64,000 bases of DNA from Betaproteobacteria bacterium (GCA_022599515.1 JAHZMC010000021.1:8708-72707), one strand, 5' to 3'; positions 14,163 through 27,082 are shown, numbered from the stretch's first letter. Numbers and translations are program-made. The notes: generated by a model from the letters alone, not told the origin.

Positions 14163-14215
14163 AGTGTAAAGTTATTTAAGTTTAGAAGGCAACTTAATTT
14201 TATCAGCTGCCTTAT

Positions 14216-14872
14216 TTACTTTTTTGCTGAGGACTGCTTTTTAGCTGTTCGAATATTATTAACAATATAATCAGTTACTTCCAATGCTTGTGTATTGCCG
14301 CCAGCCATGGTGCCAGAAGTAATATATTTACCATCGATAACTAAGCTAGGCACACCCGTTGCACCTGAAGAGCGAAAAACTTGTGCCGCACGTTTTAAGT
14401 TGGCGTTCACTGTGAATGAATTAAATGTTTCCTCTACTTTTTTACGATCTAAACCACTGTTGTTTACAATCCAATTAAGTACCGCTTTTTGGTCAGTTGG
14501 ATTTAATGCTTTTTGCTTATGAATAGCATCAAATAATTTGTCGTGTAATTTCTCGCTAATGCCTAATGCTTCCATCGTGAAATAAGCTTGCGCCATTGGT
14601 GCCCAGCTTGGATTAGGCAAACCAGGCATGCGTTTAAAATTAACATCAGTAGGTAGTTTTTTTAACCAAGCATTAAGTGGTTGTTCCATATGATAACAAT
14701 GTGAACAGCCATACCAAAAAATTTCCATGACTTCGATTTTATTTTTGTCGTCTGTTGGTAATGTTTGTGCGACGGCATCAAATTCTTGCCCTATTTGCGG
14801 TGCAGCCAATAAAGGACTATTTAAACTAACTGCACCTAAAAATAGTGCAAATGAGAGCAACAGTTTTTTCAT
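14216..14872 (-). CDS. dsbA: Thiol:disulfide interchange protein DsbA
   Basis: Signal peptide and a thioredoxin-fold CSHC active site (WYGCSHCYHM). Confidence 0.88.
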   Translation of the reverse strand: MKKLLLSFALFLGAVSLNSPLLAAPQIGQEFDAVAQTLPTDDKNKIEVMEIFWYGCSHCYHMEQPLNAWLKKLPTDVNFKRMPGLPNPSWAPMAQAYFTMEALGISEKLHDKLFDAIHKQKALNPTDQKAVLNWIVNNSGLDRKKVEETFNSFTVNANLKRAAQVFRSSGATGVPSLVIDGKYITSGTMAGGNTQALEVTDYIVNNIRTAKKQSSAKK

Positions 14873-14982
14873 TACTTATCCTAACTTTTTTAATTAAATC
14901 GATTTTAATCAATATCGATGACTAATTGATATAACGTATAACAGACAACAAAAGATGACGATAGATTCACTCGTCATTTTTA

Positions 14983-15561
14983 TTATTCTGCATTCATTTC
15001 AGTTTGCACCTTAATGAGGTCAGCATTAAAGTCGTTGGCTAATAGTTCAGCACGAATTTTATTAATCGCCTCAATATTTTTTAATGGGCCAACACGAACG
15101 CGATGCCATGTGCCCTGCTCTGGAATGGTTGCAGTTTGCACAATGGCTTCAAATCCTTGTAGTGCCAAATTAGCTTTTAAATTATCGGCATCTGCTTCAC
15201 TTTGAAATGATCCAACCTGTAAAAAGTAATTTTCTTTTTTAGTGGTCATATCGGATTGCGAGATTTCTTCTTCTGTTACCGTGCTCTCAGTTTTTGGCAA
15301 AATAGTATAAAAATCAAACTTATCTTCTGGTTTATTTTGCGCCGATGTATTTTCTTCTGTATCCGCATCCGTACTTTCCGTTAGCGGTTCAATTGTCTTA
15401 GACTTACTTTTGTTATCTCGGAACGGGCTGGTATCACCCTGAATATACATGGTTAAGCCAGCGGTTAGAACTACTCCAAGTAAAAAGCCGATAAGAAACC
15501 CAGACAAAAATGGATTGCCACTATTTTCTTTTTTTGACCTTGGTTTGTAATCTCTACTCAT
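14983..15561 (-). CDS. SPOR domain-containing (FtsN/DedD-like) cell-division protein
   Basis: Short cytoplasmic tail, one TM helix, a low-complexity linker and a C-terminal SPOR-like domain (YFLQVGSF...WHRVRVGP). Confidence 0.75.
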   Translation of the reverse strand: MSRDYKPRSKKENSGNPFLSGFLIGFLLGVVLTAGLTMYIQGDTSPFRDNKSKSKTIEPLTESTDADTEENTSAQNKPEDKFDFYTILPKTESTVTEEEISQSDMTTKKENYFLQVGSFQSEADADNLKANLALQGFEAIVQTATIPEQGTWHRVRVGPLKNIEAINKIRAELLANDFNADLIKVQTEMNAE

Positions 15562-15607
15562 ATTCTTTACCCATTACTTTATGTGATTTTAGTTTTATAT
15601 TGAAGGT

Positions 15608-17266
15608 TTACATTTGGTTCGGTGCACTAACACCAAGCAATGCCAATCCATTTTTTAACACGTGTCTTGTCGCGGTGATTAACGCCATGCGCGCCAGTTT
15701 AGTTGACGCATCATCGACCAAGAACTTCGTATCATTGTAATAGCTATGCAATTCACTCGCACATTCTTTTAAGTAATTGGCAATCATGTGTGGCGCCAAA
15801 TCACTCGCTGCATTTTGCACAATGTCAGGAAATTCACTCAGTTTCTGCATAAGGCTGGTTTCACGTGGCGATGTCAGCGCGCTTAAATCGGCTGATGTAA
15901 GCGAAGAAGCATCGCCGCCCCATTGCGCCAACACACTACAAATACGCGCATGCGCATATTGAATGTAATACACAGGATTATCATTGGTTTGCGCGCGAGC
16001 AAGGTCAATATCAAAAGCCAATTGCGAATCTGCGCGACGCGCAGCCAAGAAGTAACGCGTTGCATCACAGCCCACTTCTTCGATTAAGTCACGTAGCGTA
16101 ACATAGCTACCAGCACGTTTAGACAGTTTAACTTCTTCACCACCGCGCATGACGGTCACCATTTGGTGAAGCACATAATCAGGCCAACCTTTTGGAATGC
16201 CGACATTCAATGCCTGCAGGCCAGCTCTCACCCGTGTAATCGTACTGTGGTGATCGGCGCCCTGCTCATTAATCACTTTTGTAAAGCCACGGTTCCATTT
16301 TTCTAAATGGTAGGTAACATCAGGGACAAAATAAGTGTAACCGCCCTCTTGTTTACGCATCACACGGTCTTTGTCATCCTCGAAATCAGTTGTACGCAAC
16401 CAAAGTGCGCCCTCTTCTTCATAGGTGTGACCACTTTTAATCAACGCTTGCACGGTTTCTTCTACTTTGCCGGAGGCATATAATGCGCTTTCTAGTGAAA
16501 ACACATCAAACTGAATTTGGAAGGCACGCAAATCTAAATCTTGTTCATGGCGTAAATAAGCCACACTGAAATGGCGAATAGATTCTAAATCAGCCAAGTC
16601 GCCACTTGCCGTGACTTTAATATCGTCTGCTACAACCGTTTCCTTGGCTAAATAGGCTTTCGCAATATCGGCAATATATTCACCGTGATAACCATTTTCA
16701 GGAAAGCTAGCATCATCTGTCGCAATGCCTTGTGCACGCGCTAATACTGATTTCGTTAGGTTATCAATTTGCGCACCCGCATCGTTATAATAAAACTCAC
16801 GGGTGACATCCCAACCATTGGCTGCCAGCAAACGCGATAAACAATCACCAACGGCAGCGCCGCGACCATGTCCAACATGTAATGGGCCTGTTGGATTAGC
16901 AGAAACAAACTCTACTTGTACCTTTTCACCTTTGCCAGTTTGGTTATGACCATAGTGTTCGCCAGCCTGCAAAATATCCTTTACGATATCGTGTTTTGTA
17001 TTAGCGGCTAAATAGAAATTAATAAATCCAGCACCAGCAACTTCTACTTTCTCAATTTGCGTATTTTTAGGTAGCGCTTGAATCAGTTGCTCTGCGATAG
17101 TACGTGGATTTTGGCGTAAAGGCTTTGCCAATATCATGGCGAGATTGCACGAAAAATCGCCATGATCGGCTGATTTTGGGCGCTCTAAAATAATGTTTAT
17201 ACTGGCAGTATCGGCAACCAAAGTTTTAGCCGCTTGCAGTAATAGGTCTGAGATGATGTCTTTCAA
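15608..17266 (-). CDS. argS: Arginine--tRNA ligase
   Basis: Class I HIGH-type motif ([11 protein letters not shown]) and an ArgRS anticodon-binding C-terminus. Confidence 0.95.
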   Translation of the reverse strand: MKDIISDLLLQAAKTLVADTASINIILERPKSADHGDFSCNLAMILAKPLRQNPRTIAEQLIQALPKNTQIEKVEVAGAGFINFYLAANTKHDIVKDILQAGEHYGHNQTGKGEKVQVEFVSANPTGPLHVGHGRGAAVGDCLSRLLAANGWDVTREFYYNDAGAQIDNLTKSVLARAQGIATDDASFPENGYHGEYIADIAKAYLAKETVVADDIKVTASGDLADLESIRHFSVAYLRHEQDLDLRAFQIQFDVFSLESALYASGKVEETVQALIKSGHTYEEEGALWLRTTDFEDDKDRVMRKQEGGYTYFVPDVTYHLEKWNRGFTKVINEQGADHHSTITRVRAGLQALNVGIPKGWPDYVLHQMVTVMRGGEEVKLSKRAGSYVTLRDLIEEVGCDATRYFLAARRADSQLAFDIDLARAQTNDNPVYYIQYAHARICSVLAQWGGDASSLTSADLSALTSPRETSLMQKLSEFPDIVQNAASDLAPHMIANYLKECASELHSYYNDTKFLVDDASTKLARMALITATRHVLKNGLALLGVSAPNQM

Positions 17267-17408
17267 GGGTCGTATTCTTAAAAAATAAGCTGGTTATTGT
17301 GAATAGATTGCATTAAATTCGTGAAGTCAGTATTTTAACCCAATAAGCCTTTACACTAAAATTATCTATACAACGTCTATAACAACCTAATATAACAAAT
17401 CCATAACC

Positions 17409-19592
17409 ATGCCAATGCAAATCCTCAGAATTGGACTTGATGTGCCGCTGAACCGTTTATTTGATTATCTCAATAACGGATTTAAGGCGCAGGTAGGTGC
17501 GCGCGTGGTTGTTTCTTTTGCGGGGCGTAATTTAGTTGGCGTGATTGTAGAAATTACCACTGAATCAGATGTGCCTTTGGACAAATTAAAGCCTGTACAA
17601 CATGTGTTTGAAGATGTGGTTTTTGATGCAAAGTTGTTTAAATTGCTGAAATTTTGTGCAGATTATTATCACTACCCATTAGGCCAAGCGATGATGGCCG
17701 CTTTGCCATTACGTTTGCGCCAAATTAAACCCGCTGTCACGCGCAAAAGTTATGTCTATCAGCTTAATGCTTCAGTTGATATGGCCTCGCTACCTAAACG
17801 CCAAGTGGTCTTACAACGTATCGTGCAAGCGTTGCAAGAGAATACCAGCTTGAGTGAGGCGCAACTAGCCGAGATTTCGCCAAGTTGGCGCAAAGCGATA
17901 GCTACGTTAACCGAGATGAACTGCCTGCAACAAACAACAGTGGTTGCAATAAAAGCGGGTTTGCAATCATCAAATGTTGTGCCTACGTTAAACGCGGAGC
18001 AACAGCAAGTAATTCAAGCAGTATTAGCCGAAGCTAATCATTTTAAACCGTGGTTGTTATATGGTATTACGGGCAGCGGTAAGACTGAAGTTTATATTCA
18101 GTTATTACAAACCGTGTTGGCAGAGCAAGATGCGCAAGCCTTAATTTTAGTGCCCGAAATTAATTTAACGCCACAACTAGAAGCGCGTTTTAGAAGTCGG
18201 CTAAGTCAATATCCATTAGCCACATTGCATAGTCATTTAAGTGAAAGTGAGCGCTTGCAATCATGGCAAGCGGCTAGCACTGGCGCAGCAAAAATTGTGA
18301 TTGGTACACGTTTGAGTGTATTTAGCGCTATGCCAAAGTTAAAACTTATCGTGATTGATGAAGAGCACGATAGTTCATACAAGCAGCAAGATGGCATGCG
18401 CTATCACGCCAGAGATATTGCCATTATGCGCGCTAAGCAACTGAATATTCCAATTGTGATGGGCAGTGCGACACCGTCATTGGAGACATGGCATTTAGCG
18501 AAGAAGCAACAATATGGTTTATTGCAATTAAAGCAACGTGCGGTCGAAAACGCGCAGCTACCCAAAATTCACTGCATTGATGTTGGCAAATCACCTACTG
18601 AAAATGGCTTATCCCCTATTCTGATTAAAGCCATGCGCGAACGATTAGCGCGTGGTGAACAAAGTTTGCTATTTCTTAATCGGCGCGGTTATGCGCCTGT
18701 TTTGCATTGCAATGCTTGCCAATGGATTGCGCCTTGCGTACGTTGTTCCGCGCGTTTGGTCGTGCATCTTGGGCAACGCCAACTGAAATGTCACCATTGT
18801 GGTCACGAGCAACGTATTCCGCTGCAATGCCCAGATTGCGGTAATCCAGATTTAAGCCCGATTGGTCAAGCGACTCAGCGGCTAGAACAAACCGTAGCCG
18901 ATTTATTTCCAACAGCAAATATTGCAAGAGTCGATCGCGACAGTGTGCGGAATAAAGATGCGCTGACCGATTTGCTGAAAAAGGTACACAACAAAGAAAT
19001 CGATATTTTGGTTGGCACTCAAATGTTGGCAAAAGGACATGACTTTCCACATTTAACCTTAGTCGGTGTGATTGATACCGACACTGCATTATTTAGCCCA
19101 GATTTTCGTGCGAGTGAACGGCTCTTTTCACAGCTCATGCAAGTGTCTGGTCGCGCCGGACGTGCAGAAAAAGCGGGCGAAGTATTAATACAAACCACAT
19201 TCCCTCAGCATGCCTTATTTGATGCCCTGCGTGCGCAAGATTATGAAACGTATGCGGATACTTTGCTTGATGAGCGTAACATTATGCAATTTCCACCAAC
19301 CATTTATTTCGCATTGCTAAAAGCAGAAGCGAGTACTTACCCTCAGGTGTTAGCGTTTTTAAATGAAGCTGTTGCATTGGCGCAAAAGATGCCAAATGAT
19401 GTGATGATTTATGACCCACTTAGGCCACAGATGGCGCGGCTAAACAATATGGAGCGAGGTCAGTTGCTGTTGCAAGCTAATAATCGTGGTGCATTACATC
19501 AATTATTAGCGCAATTGACGCCCTTATTGCGCGTGCATAAATTAGCCAATAAAGTTCGGTGGGTGTTAGATATTGATCCAATTGAGTTCTAA
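17409..19592 (+). CDS. priA: Primosomal replication restart helicase PriA
   Basis: Walker A motif GITGSGKT, DEEH box and the Cys-rich zinc-binding insert (CNACQW...CHHCGH...CPDCG). Confidence 0.95.
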   Translation: MPMQILRIGLDVPLNRLFDYLNNGFKAQVGARVVVSFAGRNLVGVIVEITTESDVPLDKLKPVQHVFEDVVFDAKLFKLLKFCADYYHYPLGQAMMAALPLRLRQIKPAVTRKSYVYQLNASVDMASLPKRQVVLQRIVQALQENTSLSEAQLAEISPSWRKAIATLTEMNCLQQTTVVAIKAGLQSSNVVPTLNAEQQQVIQAVLAEANHFKPWLLYGITGSGKTEVYIQLLQTVLAEQDAQALILVPEINLTPQLEARFRSRLSQYPLATLHSHLSESERLQSWQAASTGAAKIVIGTRLSVFSAMPKLKLIVIDEEHDSSYKQQDGMRYHARDIAIMRAKQLNIPIVMGSATPSLETWHLAKKQQYGLLQLKQRAVENAQLPKIHCIDVGKSPTENGLSPILIKAMRERLARGEQSLLFLNRRGYAPVLHCNACQWIAPCVRCSARLVVHLGQRQLKCHHCGHEQRIPLQCPDCGNPDLSPIGQATQRLEQTVADLFPTANIARVDRDSVRNKDALTDLLKKVHNKEIDILVGTQMLAKGHDFPHLTLVGVIDTDTALFSPDFRASERLFSQLMQVSGRAGRAEKAGEVLIQTTFPQHALFDALRAQDYETYADTLLDERNIMQFPPTIYFALLKAEASTYPQVLAFLNEAVALAQKMPNDVMIYDPLRPQMARLNNMERGQLLLQANNRGALHQLLAQLTPLLRVHKLANKVRWVLDIDPIEF

Positions 19593-19706
19593 TAACGCCT
19601 TTATAATTAAGAGCAACAAAGTTGCTGGCTCTAAATTGTTATTTATCTGTTTTAGGCAAATCAGTATAAAATTAGGCAAAACGATTTACATAAATATAGA
19701 GAGAAT

Positions 19707-20567
19707 ATGACAAAAACACCACCATGCGTGATGACATTTTCTGCTACTGATCCTAGTAGTGGTGCAGGATTGCAAGCTGACATGCTAACTTTGGCAAGCA
19801 TTGGTTGCCATCCCCTTTCCGTTGTCACAGGGGTGACGGTGCAAGACACGGTTGGCGTAGAAGGCGTGATGGCGCTGGATGCGGATTGGATTAATGATCA
19901 AGCGCGGACGATTTTAGAAGATGTGCAAGTGTCGGCTTTTAAATTGGGCTTATTGGGCAGTGTAGAGAATATTGCCGTCATTGCAGAAATCATGGCGGAT
20001 TATCCTGATGTGCCATTGTTAATTGACCCTATTTTAACTTCTGGACGTGGCGACGATTTGACTAACGAAGAAATGCAAGCGGCGATGTGTGAATTGCTGT
20101 TTCCGCAAGCCACACTCATTACGCCAAATAGTATAGATGCACGTCGTTTGGCTTTTTATGATGAAGGCGATGAAGTAAAATACACTTCATTAGAAGAGTC
20201 GGCGCAGCGCTTATTGGCGATGGGAACAGAATATGTGCTAATTACAGGCACGCATGAACGTTCTGCCGATGTAATGAACTCCTTATATGGCGCAGAAGGT
20301 TTAATTAAAGAATATCACTGGGAGCGATTGGCAGGTAGCTATCATGGCTCTGGTTGTACGCTAACCAGTGCAATTGCAGCTTGCATGGCGCATGGATTAA
20401 CCGTAGAAGAAGCGCTGCAAGAAGCACAAGAATATACTTGGCAAACGCTTAAAAATGCTTTTAGACCAGGCATGGGACAATTTATACCTGATCGCTTCTT
20501 TTGGGCGCGAGAAGAAACTGAAACATTAGAAACAGATTTTGAAAAGCCATCCTCTATTCAGCATTAG
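19707..20567 (+). CDS. thiD: Hydroxymethylpyrimidine/phosphomethylpyrimidine kinase
   Basis: DPSSGAGLQAD motif and the C-terminal GSGCTLTSAIAA ribokinase-family motif. Confidence 0.9.
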   Translation: MTKTPPCVMTFSATDPSSGAGLQADMLTLASIGCHPLSVVTGVTVQDTVGVEGVMALDADWINDQARTILEDVQVSAFKLGLLGSVENIAVIAEIMADYPDVPLLIDPILTSGRGDDLTNEEMQAAMCELLFPQATLITPNSIDARRLAFYDEGDEVKYTSLEESAQRLLAMGTEYVLITGTHERSADVMNSLYGAEGLIKEYHWERLAGSYHGSGCTLTSAIAACMAHGLTVEEALQEAQEYTWQTLKNAFRPGMGQFIPDRFFWAREETETLETDFEKPSSIQH

Positions 20568-20594
20568 TGTAATAAAGCGTTATCCCGGACATAC

Positions 20595-20968
20595 TTAAAC
20601 CGAGTAAGTCGTCATAAAATAGCCGATGTGTCATTACAGATTAGGCGCTGAAGATTGTCAGCTAGTAAGGCGCGAAAATTGCTTGGTAAGAACAAGATAA
20701 CTGGCTTTTCATGTTATAAACAGCTGGCTTTGGCGTAAAAGGCGCATGCAGATGGTGCAGATTGCACTGCTTTTGGTGCGCTTATCTTTTAAAATAAGCT
20801 CTTAAAATAAGCCAAACCTAAAGCGCCAAAAGTACCGTTAGACTTCTTTGCGTAAGTGAGGCAAGTAATATGGCAGTTGTTGGTATTGGTGAAATGACCT
20901 TAACCAATGCAATGCAAGTAAAACAGGCAGAGGCAGATGCAATTGTAGTGATTAGTGTACTTTCTTAA
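20595..20968 (+). pseudogene. thiE: Decayed thiamine-phosphate synthase (thiE) remnant
   Basis: Translation gives recognisable ThiE C-terminal segments: ...ADVSLQ..LSASKARKLLGKNKITGFSCYKQLALA*KAHADGADCTAFGALIF*...AKPKAPKVPLDFFA*, then in another frame MAVVGIGEMTLTNAMQVKQAEADAIVVISVLS*. There are in-frame stops at 20649, 20736, 20790, 20808 and 20853, plus a frame change before 20870. The N-terminal third is absent. Confidence 0.7.
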
Positions 20969-21034
20969 TGCAGACGCTAGTATATAAACCAGTAAGCAAT
21001 TTAATTTTTAGGCAATAACGATATAATTCAGACC

Positions 21035-22327
21035 ATGACTTCACAAAATCAAATTCTTTTCGAGCAATCTCAACATCTCATTCCAGGTGGTGTTAATTCC
21101 CCCGTACGTGCGTTTCGCAGTGTGGGTGGCACACCTATTTTCTTTAAAAAAGGCCTAGGCTCTAAGCTTTGGGACGTAGATGGTAAAGAATATATCGACT
21201 ATATCAACTCTTGGGGGCCAATGATTGTTGGTCATGCACACCCAGAAGTGATTGCGGCTGTGCAAGCTGTTGCTGCCAATAGTTTATCGTTTGGCGCGCC
21301 GACAGGTTTAGAGTTGGAAATGGCAGAGACCATTAACAAGTTAGTGCCGAGCATGGAGCAAATTCGCTTAGTGAGTTCTGGTACCGAGGCAACAATGAGT
21401 GCGATTCGTGTTGCGCGCGGTTTTACTGGCCGTAGTAAATTAGTCAAGTTTGAAGGTTGTTATCATGGCCATGCCGACTCACTGTTGGTTAAAGCGGGTT
21501 CAGGATTGCTGACGTTTGGTGAGCCAGATTCAGCTGGCGTGCCTGCAGAGGTGGCCGCTAATACTTTAACGCTACCGTACAACAACGTTGAGCAGTTGGA
21601 AGCTCTGTTTAAACAGTCAGGTGACGAGATTGCTTGCGTGATTATTGAGCCAGTTGTTGGCAATATGAATTTGGTTAAACCGACAGAAGCTTTTTTGAAA
21701 GCCTTACGTGATTTGTGTACCAAGCATGGATCGGTATTGATTTTTGATGAAGTGATGACAGGCTTCCGAGTACATTTAGGTGGCGCACAAGCGCTTTATG
21801 GCATCAAGCCAGATATGACAACATTGGGTAAAGTGATTGGTGGTGGCTTACCTGTGGGTGCTTTTGGTGGACGTAAAGACATCATGTCAGGTTTAGCGCC
21901 ACTAGGAAAAGTGTATCAAGCAGGTACATTATCAGGAAACCCAGTGGCTGTCACTGCAGGTCTTAAAACATTAGAATTGATTCAAGCACCTGATTTTCAT
22001 AAAAATTTAACAGTGCAAACACAAAAATTAGTTGATGGTTTGATGGCTGCAGCTAAAAAAATAGGTGTGACTTTTAGTGCGCAAAGTGTAGGTGGTATGT
22101 TTGGCTTATATTTCAGTGAGGCATGCCCAACTTGTTTTGATGAGGTGATGACATCAGATAAGGCCGCTTTTAATGTTTTTTTCCATAGCATGTTGGACAG
22201 TGGTATTTATCTTGGGCCATCGGCATTTGAGGCTGGATTTGTCTCTGCAGCCCATACGGATGGCGATATTGCAACAACGATAGCGGCGGCAGAAAAAGCC
22301 TTTCAGGTAATTTTATCCACAAAATAA
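21035..22327 (+). CDS. hemL: Glutamate-1-semialdehyde 2,1-aminomutase
   Basis: Full-length class III aminotransferase with the N-terminal [13 protein letters not shown] signature. Confidence 0.95.
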   Translation: MTSQNQILFEQSQHLIPGGVNSPVRAFRSVGGTPIFFKKGLGSKLWDVDGKEYIDYINSWGPMIVGHAHPEVIAAVQAVAANSLSFGAPTGLELEMAETINKLVPSMEQIRLVSSGTEATMSAIRVARGFTGRSKLVKFEGCYHGHADSLLVKAGSGLLTFGEPDSAGVPAEVAANTLTLPYNNVEQLEALFKQSGDEIACVIIEPVVGNMNLVKPTEAFLKALRDLCTKHGSVLIFDEVMTGFRVHLGGAQALYGIKPDMTTLGKVIGGGLPVGAFGGRKDIMSGLAPLGKVYQAGTLSGNPVAVTAGLKTLELIQAPDFHKNLTVQTQKLVDGLMAAAKKIGVTFSAQSVGGMFGLYFSEACPTCFDEVMTSDKAAFNVFFHSMLDSGIYLGPSAFEAGFVSAAHTDGDIATTIAAAEKAFQVILSTK

Positions 22328-22348
22328 ACCTAAACGTGTGCTATGTGA

Positions 22349-22377
22349 TTGATAGCAAGCGTATTTAACGGTATTAT
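22349..22377 (+). promoter_or_regulatory. Candidate sigma-70 promoter of gltBD
   Basis: TTGATA (22349-22354), 17-nt spacer, TATTAT (22372-22377), about 25 nt upstream of the first gltB ATG. Confidence 0.4.
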
Positions 22378-22402
22378 TTAGGGTTCCGCTAAATGTACAG
22401 TA

Positions 22403-25400
22403 ATGCTTGAGAATAGAGTAATGAATACACACAATGCAATTAATCAGCAGGATTCTAAATTGACTAGATCGACACGAGTAACATCTACGCCAGAAAAACA
22501 AGGCTTATACAGCCCTAATAATGAGCATGACGCCTGTGGCGTTGGCTTTGTTGCGCATATCAAAGGCAAGAAGAGTCATCAAATCGTTCAGCAGGGTTTG
22601 GAGTTATTAACCAACTTAACCCATCGTGGTGCGACAGGATATGACCCTAAATTGGGTGATGGTGCTGGTTTATTGATGCAAATTCCAGATGCGTTTATGC
22701 GTGAAGAAGCGGCTAAATTAAATATTGAGTTGCCTGCTGTTGGGCAATATGCCGTTGGTAATTTATTTTTACCGCAAGTATCTAGCAATAGAGCGCAATG
22801 CGAAGGTGTGATTGAAAATATTCTGCAAGAAGAAGGTCAAGTGTTGCTTGGCTGGCGTGATGTGCCTGTAGACAATAGCAATATTGCTGAGGCGGCACGT
22901 GATGTAGAGCCGATGATGCGCCAATTATTTATTGGTAGTACATTCGACGATCCTGATGCGTTTGAGCGTAAATGTTTTGTCATGCGTAAGCGTATCGAGC
23001 ATGCGGTGCGTGCATTGGATATTCAAGATAATGCCTATTTTTATGTGCCATCCCTTTCTTCACGTACCATTGTTTATAAAGGGATGTTGTTAGCCAACGA
23101 AGTGGGTGTTTATTACAAAGATTTGATGGATGAGCGCGTGGTTTCAGCGCTGGCTTTAGTACATCAACGTTTCTCAACAAATACTTTCCCATCATGGCAT
23201 TTGGCTCACCCTTTTCGCATGATTGCGCACAATGGCGAAATTAATACGGTACAAGGCAATGTCAACTGGATGACAGCGCGCCATGCGGCAATGCACTCTG
23301 AGCTATTGGGTGAAGATTTAGAAAAAGTATGGCCGTTGATTGTGGCTGGTCGTTCAGATTCTGCTTGTTTTGATAACTGTTTAGAATTGTTGGTTGCTGG
23401 TGGTTATAGCGTACCGCATGCCATGATGATGATGATTCCAGAAGCGTGGAACGAAAAAACCATTATGGATGATGATAGACGAGCATTCTATGAATATCAT
23501 GCCGCGATTATGGAACCATGGGACGGCCCAGCAGCAGTTGCATTTACCGATGGCAAAATCATTGGTGCAACGCTCGATCGCAATGGTCTACGTCCTGCTC
23601 GATACTTAGTCACTGATGATGATATTGTGATGATGGCTTCTGAAATGGGTGTATTGAAATTCCCAGAAGAAAAAATCGTTAAGAAATGGCGTTTGCAACC
23701 AGGCAAAATGTTGATGATCGACATGGAGCAAGGTCGTATTATTGATGATGAAGAGGTAAAAAGTGCATTGACGACAGCCAAGCCATATCGTCAATGGATT
23801 GATGCAACCCGTTATAACATTTGCGATTTACCTAAGGTTGAAGCCAAATTTGACTTAAAAGCTAGCTTGCTCGATACGCAACAAGCGTTTGGCATGACGC
23901 AAGAAGACATTAAATTCTTACTAGAGCCAATGATTGAAAAAGGTGAAGAGGCTTCTGGTTCCATGGGTAATGACGCTGCGCTGCCAGTGTTGTCGAATAA
24001 ACCTAAAGTGTTATACAACTACTTTAAACAGTTGTTTGCACAAGTGACCAATCCACCAATCGATCCGATTCGTGAGGAAATGGTGATGTCTCTGGTGACA
24101 TTCCTCGGCCCTAAGCCTAATCTGCTTCAGATGCATGAGACCAAGCCAGATGCACGATTAGAAGGTAGTCAGCCAGTGCTTAGCGAAGAAGCTTTCGCTA
24201 AGATTATGGGGATTAAAGCAATCACAAAAGGTGATTACAATTCAATCTCATTGGATATGTGCTATCCAGTTTCACAAGGGATAGCTGGGATGTCAGGCGC
24301 GCTGAGCGCATTGTGTGCAAAAGCGGAACAATCAGTAGCAGATGGCTTTAATATTATCGTATTAAATGACATGAATATGGATAGCGACATGGTTGCTATT
24401 CCTGCTTTGCTAGCAACTTCTGCAGTGCACATGCACTTGGTTGAAACTGGTTTGCGGACACAAACGGGCTTAGTCGTTTCAACAGGCTCCGCACGTGAAG
24501 TGCATCACTTTGCCTTGCTAGCTGGTTACGGTGCTGAAGCAGTTTTCCCATGGTTAACTTACCAAACAATCGCGAGTATTTCTGACAAGCCTGTAGAGGC
24601 TAGCGAGAAATTTATCAAAGCGGTTGGTAAAGGCCTATACAAAGTCATGTCGAAAATGGGTATTTCTACCTATCAGTCATATTGTGGGGCGCATATTTTT
24701 GAAGCGATTGGCTTAAATTCACAATTTGTTGATGCTTACTTTAAAGGCACGACAACCCAAATTGAAGGTATTGGTTTAGAACAGGTGGCTGAAGAGGCGC
24801 TTCGTTTACATCAAGCAGCTTTTGGCCATGACCCAGTGTTAAGCAATGCGCTAGATGCCGGTGGTGAGTATGCTTACCGAGTGCGTGGCGAAGAGCATAT
24901 GTGGACACCGCAATCTGTGGCTAAGCTACAAAATGCGACACGTACCAATCAATATGAAACTTATAAAGAATATGCAAAATTAATCAATGATCAAACGCGC
25001 CGCCATATGACATTGCGTGGTTTATTTGAGATTAAACCTGCAGGAAAAGCGATACCGTTAGAGCAAGTTGAATCAGCAAAAGAAATTGTTAAACGTTTCG
25101 CAACAGGCGCAATGTCAATGGGTTCAATTTCGACTGAAGCACATGCTACATTAGCGATTGCAATGAATCGTATCGGCGGAAAATCCAATACAGGTGAAGG
25201 CGGCGAGGATAAAAAGCGCTATATTCCAGTAGCAACAGACACTAGCATGTCTGAAGTATTCGGTAAGGAATTTATTGAAGCAGATGTTAAATTAAAAGCG
25301 GGCGATTCAATGCGCTCTCGCATTAAACAAGTGGCGAGTGGTCGTTTTGGTGTGACAGCAGAATATTTAGCGAGTGCTGATCAAATTCAAATCAAAATGG

Positions 25401-27082
25401 CACAAGGCGCTAAACCAGGTGAAGGCGGTCAATTGCCAGGCCACAAAGTTAGTCAATATATTGCGATGTTGCGTTTTAGTGTGCCGGGTGTTGGTTTGAT
25501 TTCTCCACCGCCACATCATGATATTTACTCGATTGAAGATTTGGCGCAATTGATTCATGACTTAAAAAATGCCAATCCAAATGCATCTATCTCGACTAAA
25601 CTGGTTTCTGAAACGGGTATTGGTACGGTAGCGGCGGGTGTTGCAAAAGCAAAATCAGACCATATTGTGGTCGCTGGCCATGATGGTGGTACAGGTGCAT
25701 CGCCATTAACTTCGGTTAAGCATGCAGGTACACCGTGGGAACTAGGTCTTGCTGAAACACAACAAACCTTGGTGTTAAACCAATTGCGCGGACGTGTGAT
25801 TGTGCAAGCTGATGGTCAAATGAAAACAGGCCGTGATGTTGTGATTGGTGCCTTGTTAGGTGCGGATGAGTTTGGTTTCGCAACCGCGCCGTTGGTGGTT
25901 GAGGGTTGTATTATGATGCGTAAGTGTCATTTAAATACCTGTCCAGTTGGCGTTGCAACGCAAGATCCAGAGTTACGTAAGAAGTTTACGGGTAAGCCTG
26001 AGCATGTAGTGAATTACTTCTTCTTTGTTGCAGAAGAGATTCGTGAATTAATGGCAAGCATCGGTATCGCTAAATTTAGTGATTTAATTGGTCGTGCAGA
26101 TTTACTTGATATGCAAGCAGGCATTGATCACTGGAAAATTAATGGTTTAGATTTTAGCAAAATCTTCCATTTACCTGGTATGCCAGCAAGTGTTGCCAGA
26201 TACCATGTTGAAGACCAAGAGCATGGCTTAGTGAATGCATTAGATAATGCATTGATTAAACAGGCAAAAGCAGCCATTGAAAATGGCGAAAAAGTGGTGA
26301 TTGATACACCAATACTGAATACTAATCGTACTGTTGGAACAATGTTGTCCAATCAAATTGCGACAAAATACGGTAATGCTGGACTACCAAATGACACGAT
26401 TAATATTAACTTTACTGGTACTTCAGGCCAAAGTTTTGCCGCATTTTTAGCTAAAGGCATCACTTTTACTTTAACTGGTGAGGGTAACGATTACGTTGGA
26501 AAAGGCTTAAGTGGCGGCCGTATTATTATCAAACCGCCTGTGGCTTTCCGTGGTATTTCGCATGAAAACATCATTGTTGGTAACACCGTGATGTATGGTG
26601 CAACGGCTGGTGAAACCTACTTTAGTGGCGTAGCTGGTGAGCGTTTCTGTGTGCGTAACTCAGGTGCCTCAACGGTAGTTGAAGGTGTCGGCAATCATGG
26701 CTGTGAATACATGACAGGCGGTACGGTGGTTGTACTTGGCGTTACAGGTCAAAACTTTGCAGCGGGTATGAGTGGCGGCGTCGCTTATATTTATGATGTA
26801 GACGGCCAGTTCGCTAAACGTTGCAATATGAGCATGGTGACATTAGAGAAAGTTGAATCAGCTGATGCGGATATCGGTAAGGTGCAGCATTTGGGACAAG
26901 CAGATGAAGTCACTTTAAAAGGCTTAATTCAGAACCATGCTGATTTAACGGATAGCCAACGTGCTAAAGCTATTTTGGCCGATTGGGGTAATCAAAGAGC
27001 TAAGTTTGTTAAGGTAATGCCGACTGAATATAAACGCGCACTAACAGAGTTAGCCGCAACTGCAAGCAAGGAAGCCGCATAA
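22403..27082 (+). CDS. gltB: Glutamate synthase (NADPH) large subunit
   Basis: About 1550 aa with an Ntn amidotransferase Cys (EHDACGVGF), FMN and 3Fe-4S domains and a GXGXG C-terminal domain. The start could be 22403 or 22421. Confidence 0.95.
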   Translation: MLENRVMNTHNAINQQDSKLTRSTRVTSTPEKQGLYSPNNEHDACGVGFVAHIKGKKSHQIVQQGLELLTNLTHRGATGYDPKLGDGAGLLMQIPDAFMREEAAKLNIELPAVGQYAVGNLFLPQVSSNRAQCEGVIENILQEEGQVLLGWRDVPVDNSNIAEAARDVEPMMRQLFIGSTFDDPDAFERKCFVMRKRIEHAVRALDIQDNAYFYVPSLSSRTIVYKGMLLANEVGVYYKDLMDERVVSALALVHQRFSTNTFPSWHLAHPFRMIAHNGEINTVQGNVNWMTARHAAMHSELLGEDLEKVWPLIVAGRSDSACFDNCLELLVAGGYSVPHAMMMMIPEAWNEKTIMDDDRRAFYEYHAAIMEPWDGPAAVAFTDGKIIGATLDRNGLRPARYLVTDDDIVMMASEMGVLKFPEEKIVKKWRLQPGKMLMIDMEQGRIIDDEEVKSALTTAKPYRQWIDATRYNICDLPKVEAKFDLKASLLDTQQAFGMTQEDIKFLLEPMIEKGEEASGSMGNDAALPVLSNKPKVLYNYFKQLFAQVTNPPIDPIREEMVMSLVTFLGPKPNLLQMHETKPDARLEGSQPVLSEEAFAKIMGIKAITKGDYNSISLDMCYPVSQGIAGMSGALSALCAKAEQSVADGFNIIVLNDMNMDSDMVAIPALLATSAVHMHLVETGLRTQTGLVVSTGSAREVHHFALLAGYGAEAVFPWLTYQTIASISDKPVEASEKFIKAVGKGLYKVMSKMGISTYQSYCGAHIFEAIGLNSQFVDAYFKGTTTQIEGIGLEQVAEEALRLHQAAFGHDPVLSNALDAGGEYAYRVRGEEHMWTPQSVAKLQNATRTNQYETYKEYAKLINDQTRRHMTLRGLFEIKPAGKAIPLEQVESAKEIVKRFATGAMSMGSISTEAHATLAIAMNRIGGKSNTGEGGEDKKRYIPVATDTSMSEVFGKEFIEADVKLKAGDSMRSRIKQVASGRFGVTAEYLASADQIQIKMAQGAKPGEGGQLPGHKVSQYIAMLRFSVPGVGLISPPPHHDIYSIEDLAQLIHDLKNANPNASISTKLVSETGIGTVAAGVAKAKSDHIVVAGHDGGTGASPLTSVKHAGTPWELGLAETQQTLVLNQLRGRVIVQADGQMKTGRDVVIGALLGADEFGFATAPLVVEGCIMMRKCHLNTCPVGVATQDPELRKKFTGKPEHVVNYFFFVAEEIRELMASIGIAKFSDLIGRADLLDMQAGIDHWKINGLDFSKIFHLPGMPASVARYHVEDQEHGLVNALDNALIKQAKAAIENGEKVVIDTPILNTNRTVGTMLSNQIATKYGNAGLPNDTININFTGTSGQSFAAFLAKGITFTLTGEGNDYVGKGLSGGRIIIKPPVAFRGISHENIIVGNTVMYGATAGETYFSGVAGERFCVRNSGASTVVEGVGNHGCEYMTGGTVVVLGVTGQNFAAGMSGGVAYIYDVDGQFAKRCNMSMVTLEKVESADADIGKVQHLGQADEVTLKGLIQNHADLTDSQRAKAILADWGNQRAKFVKVMPTEYKRALTELAATASKEAA

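Noticed and set aside
19593-19706. TPP riboswitch upstream of thiD
   Set aside because: The 114-bp leader has no CTGAGA / ACCTGATCTGGATAATGCCAGCG-type THI-box elements.
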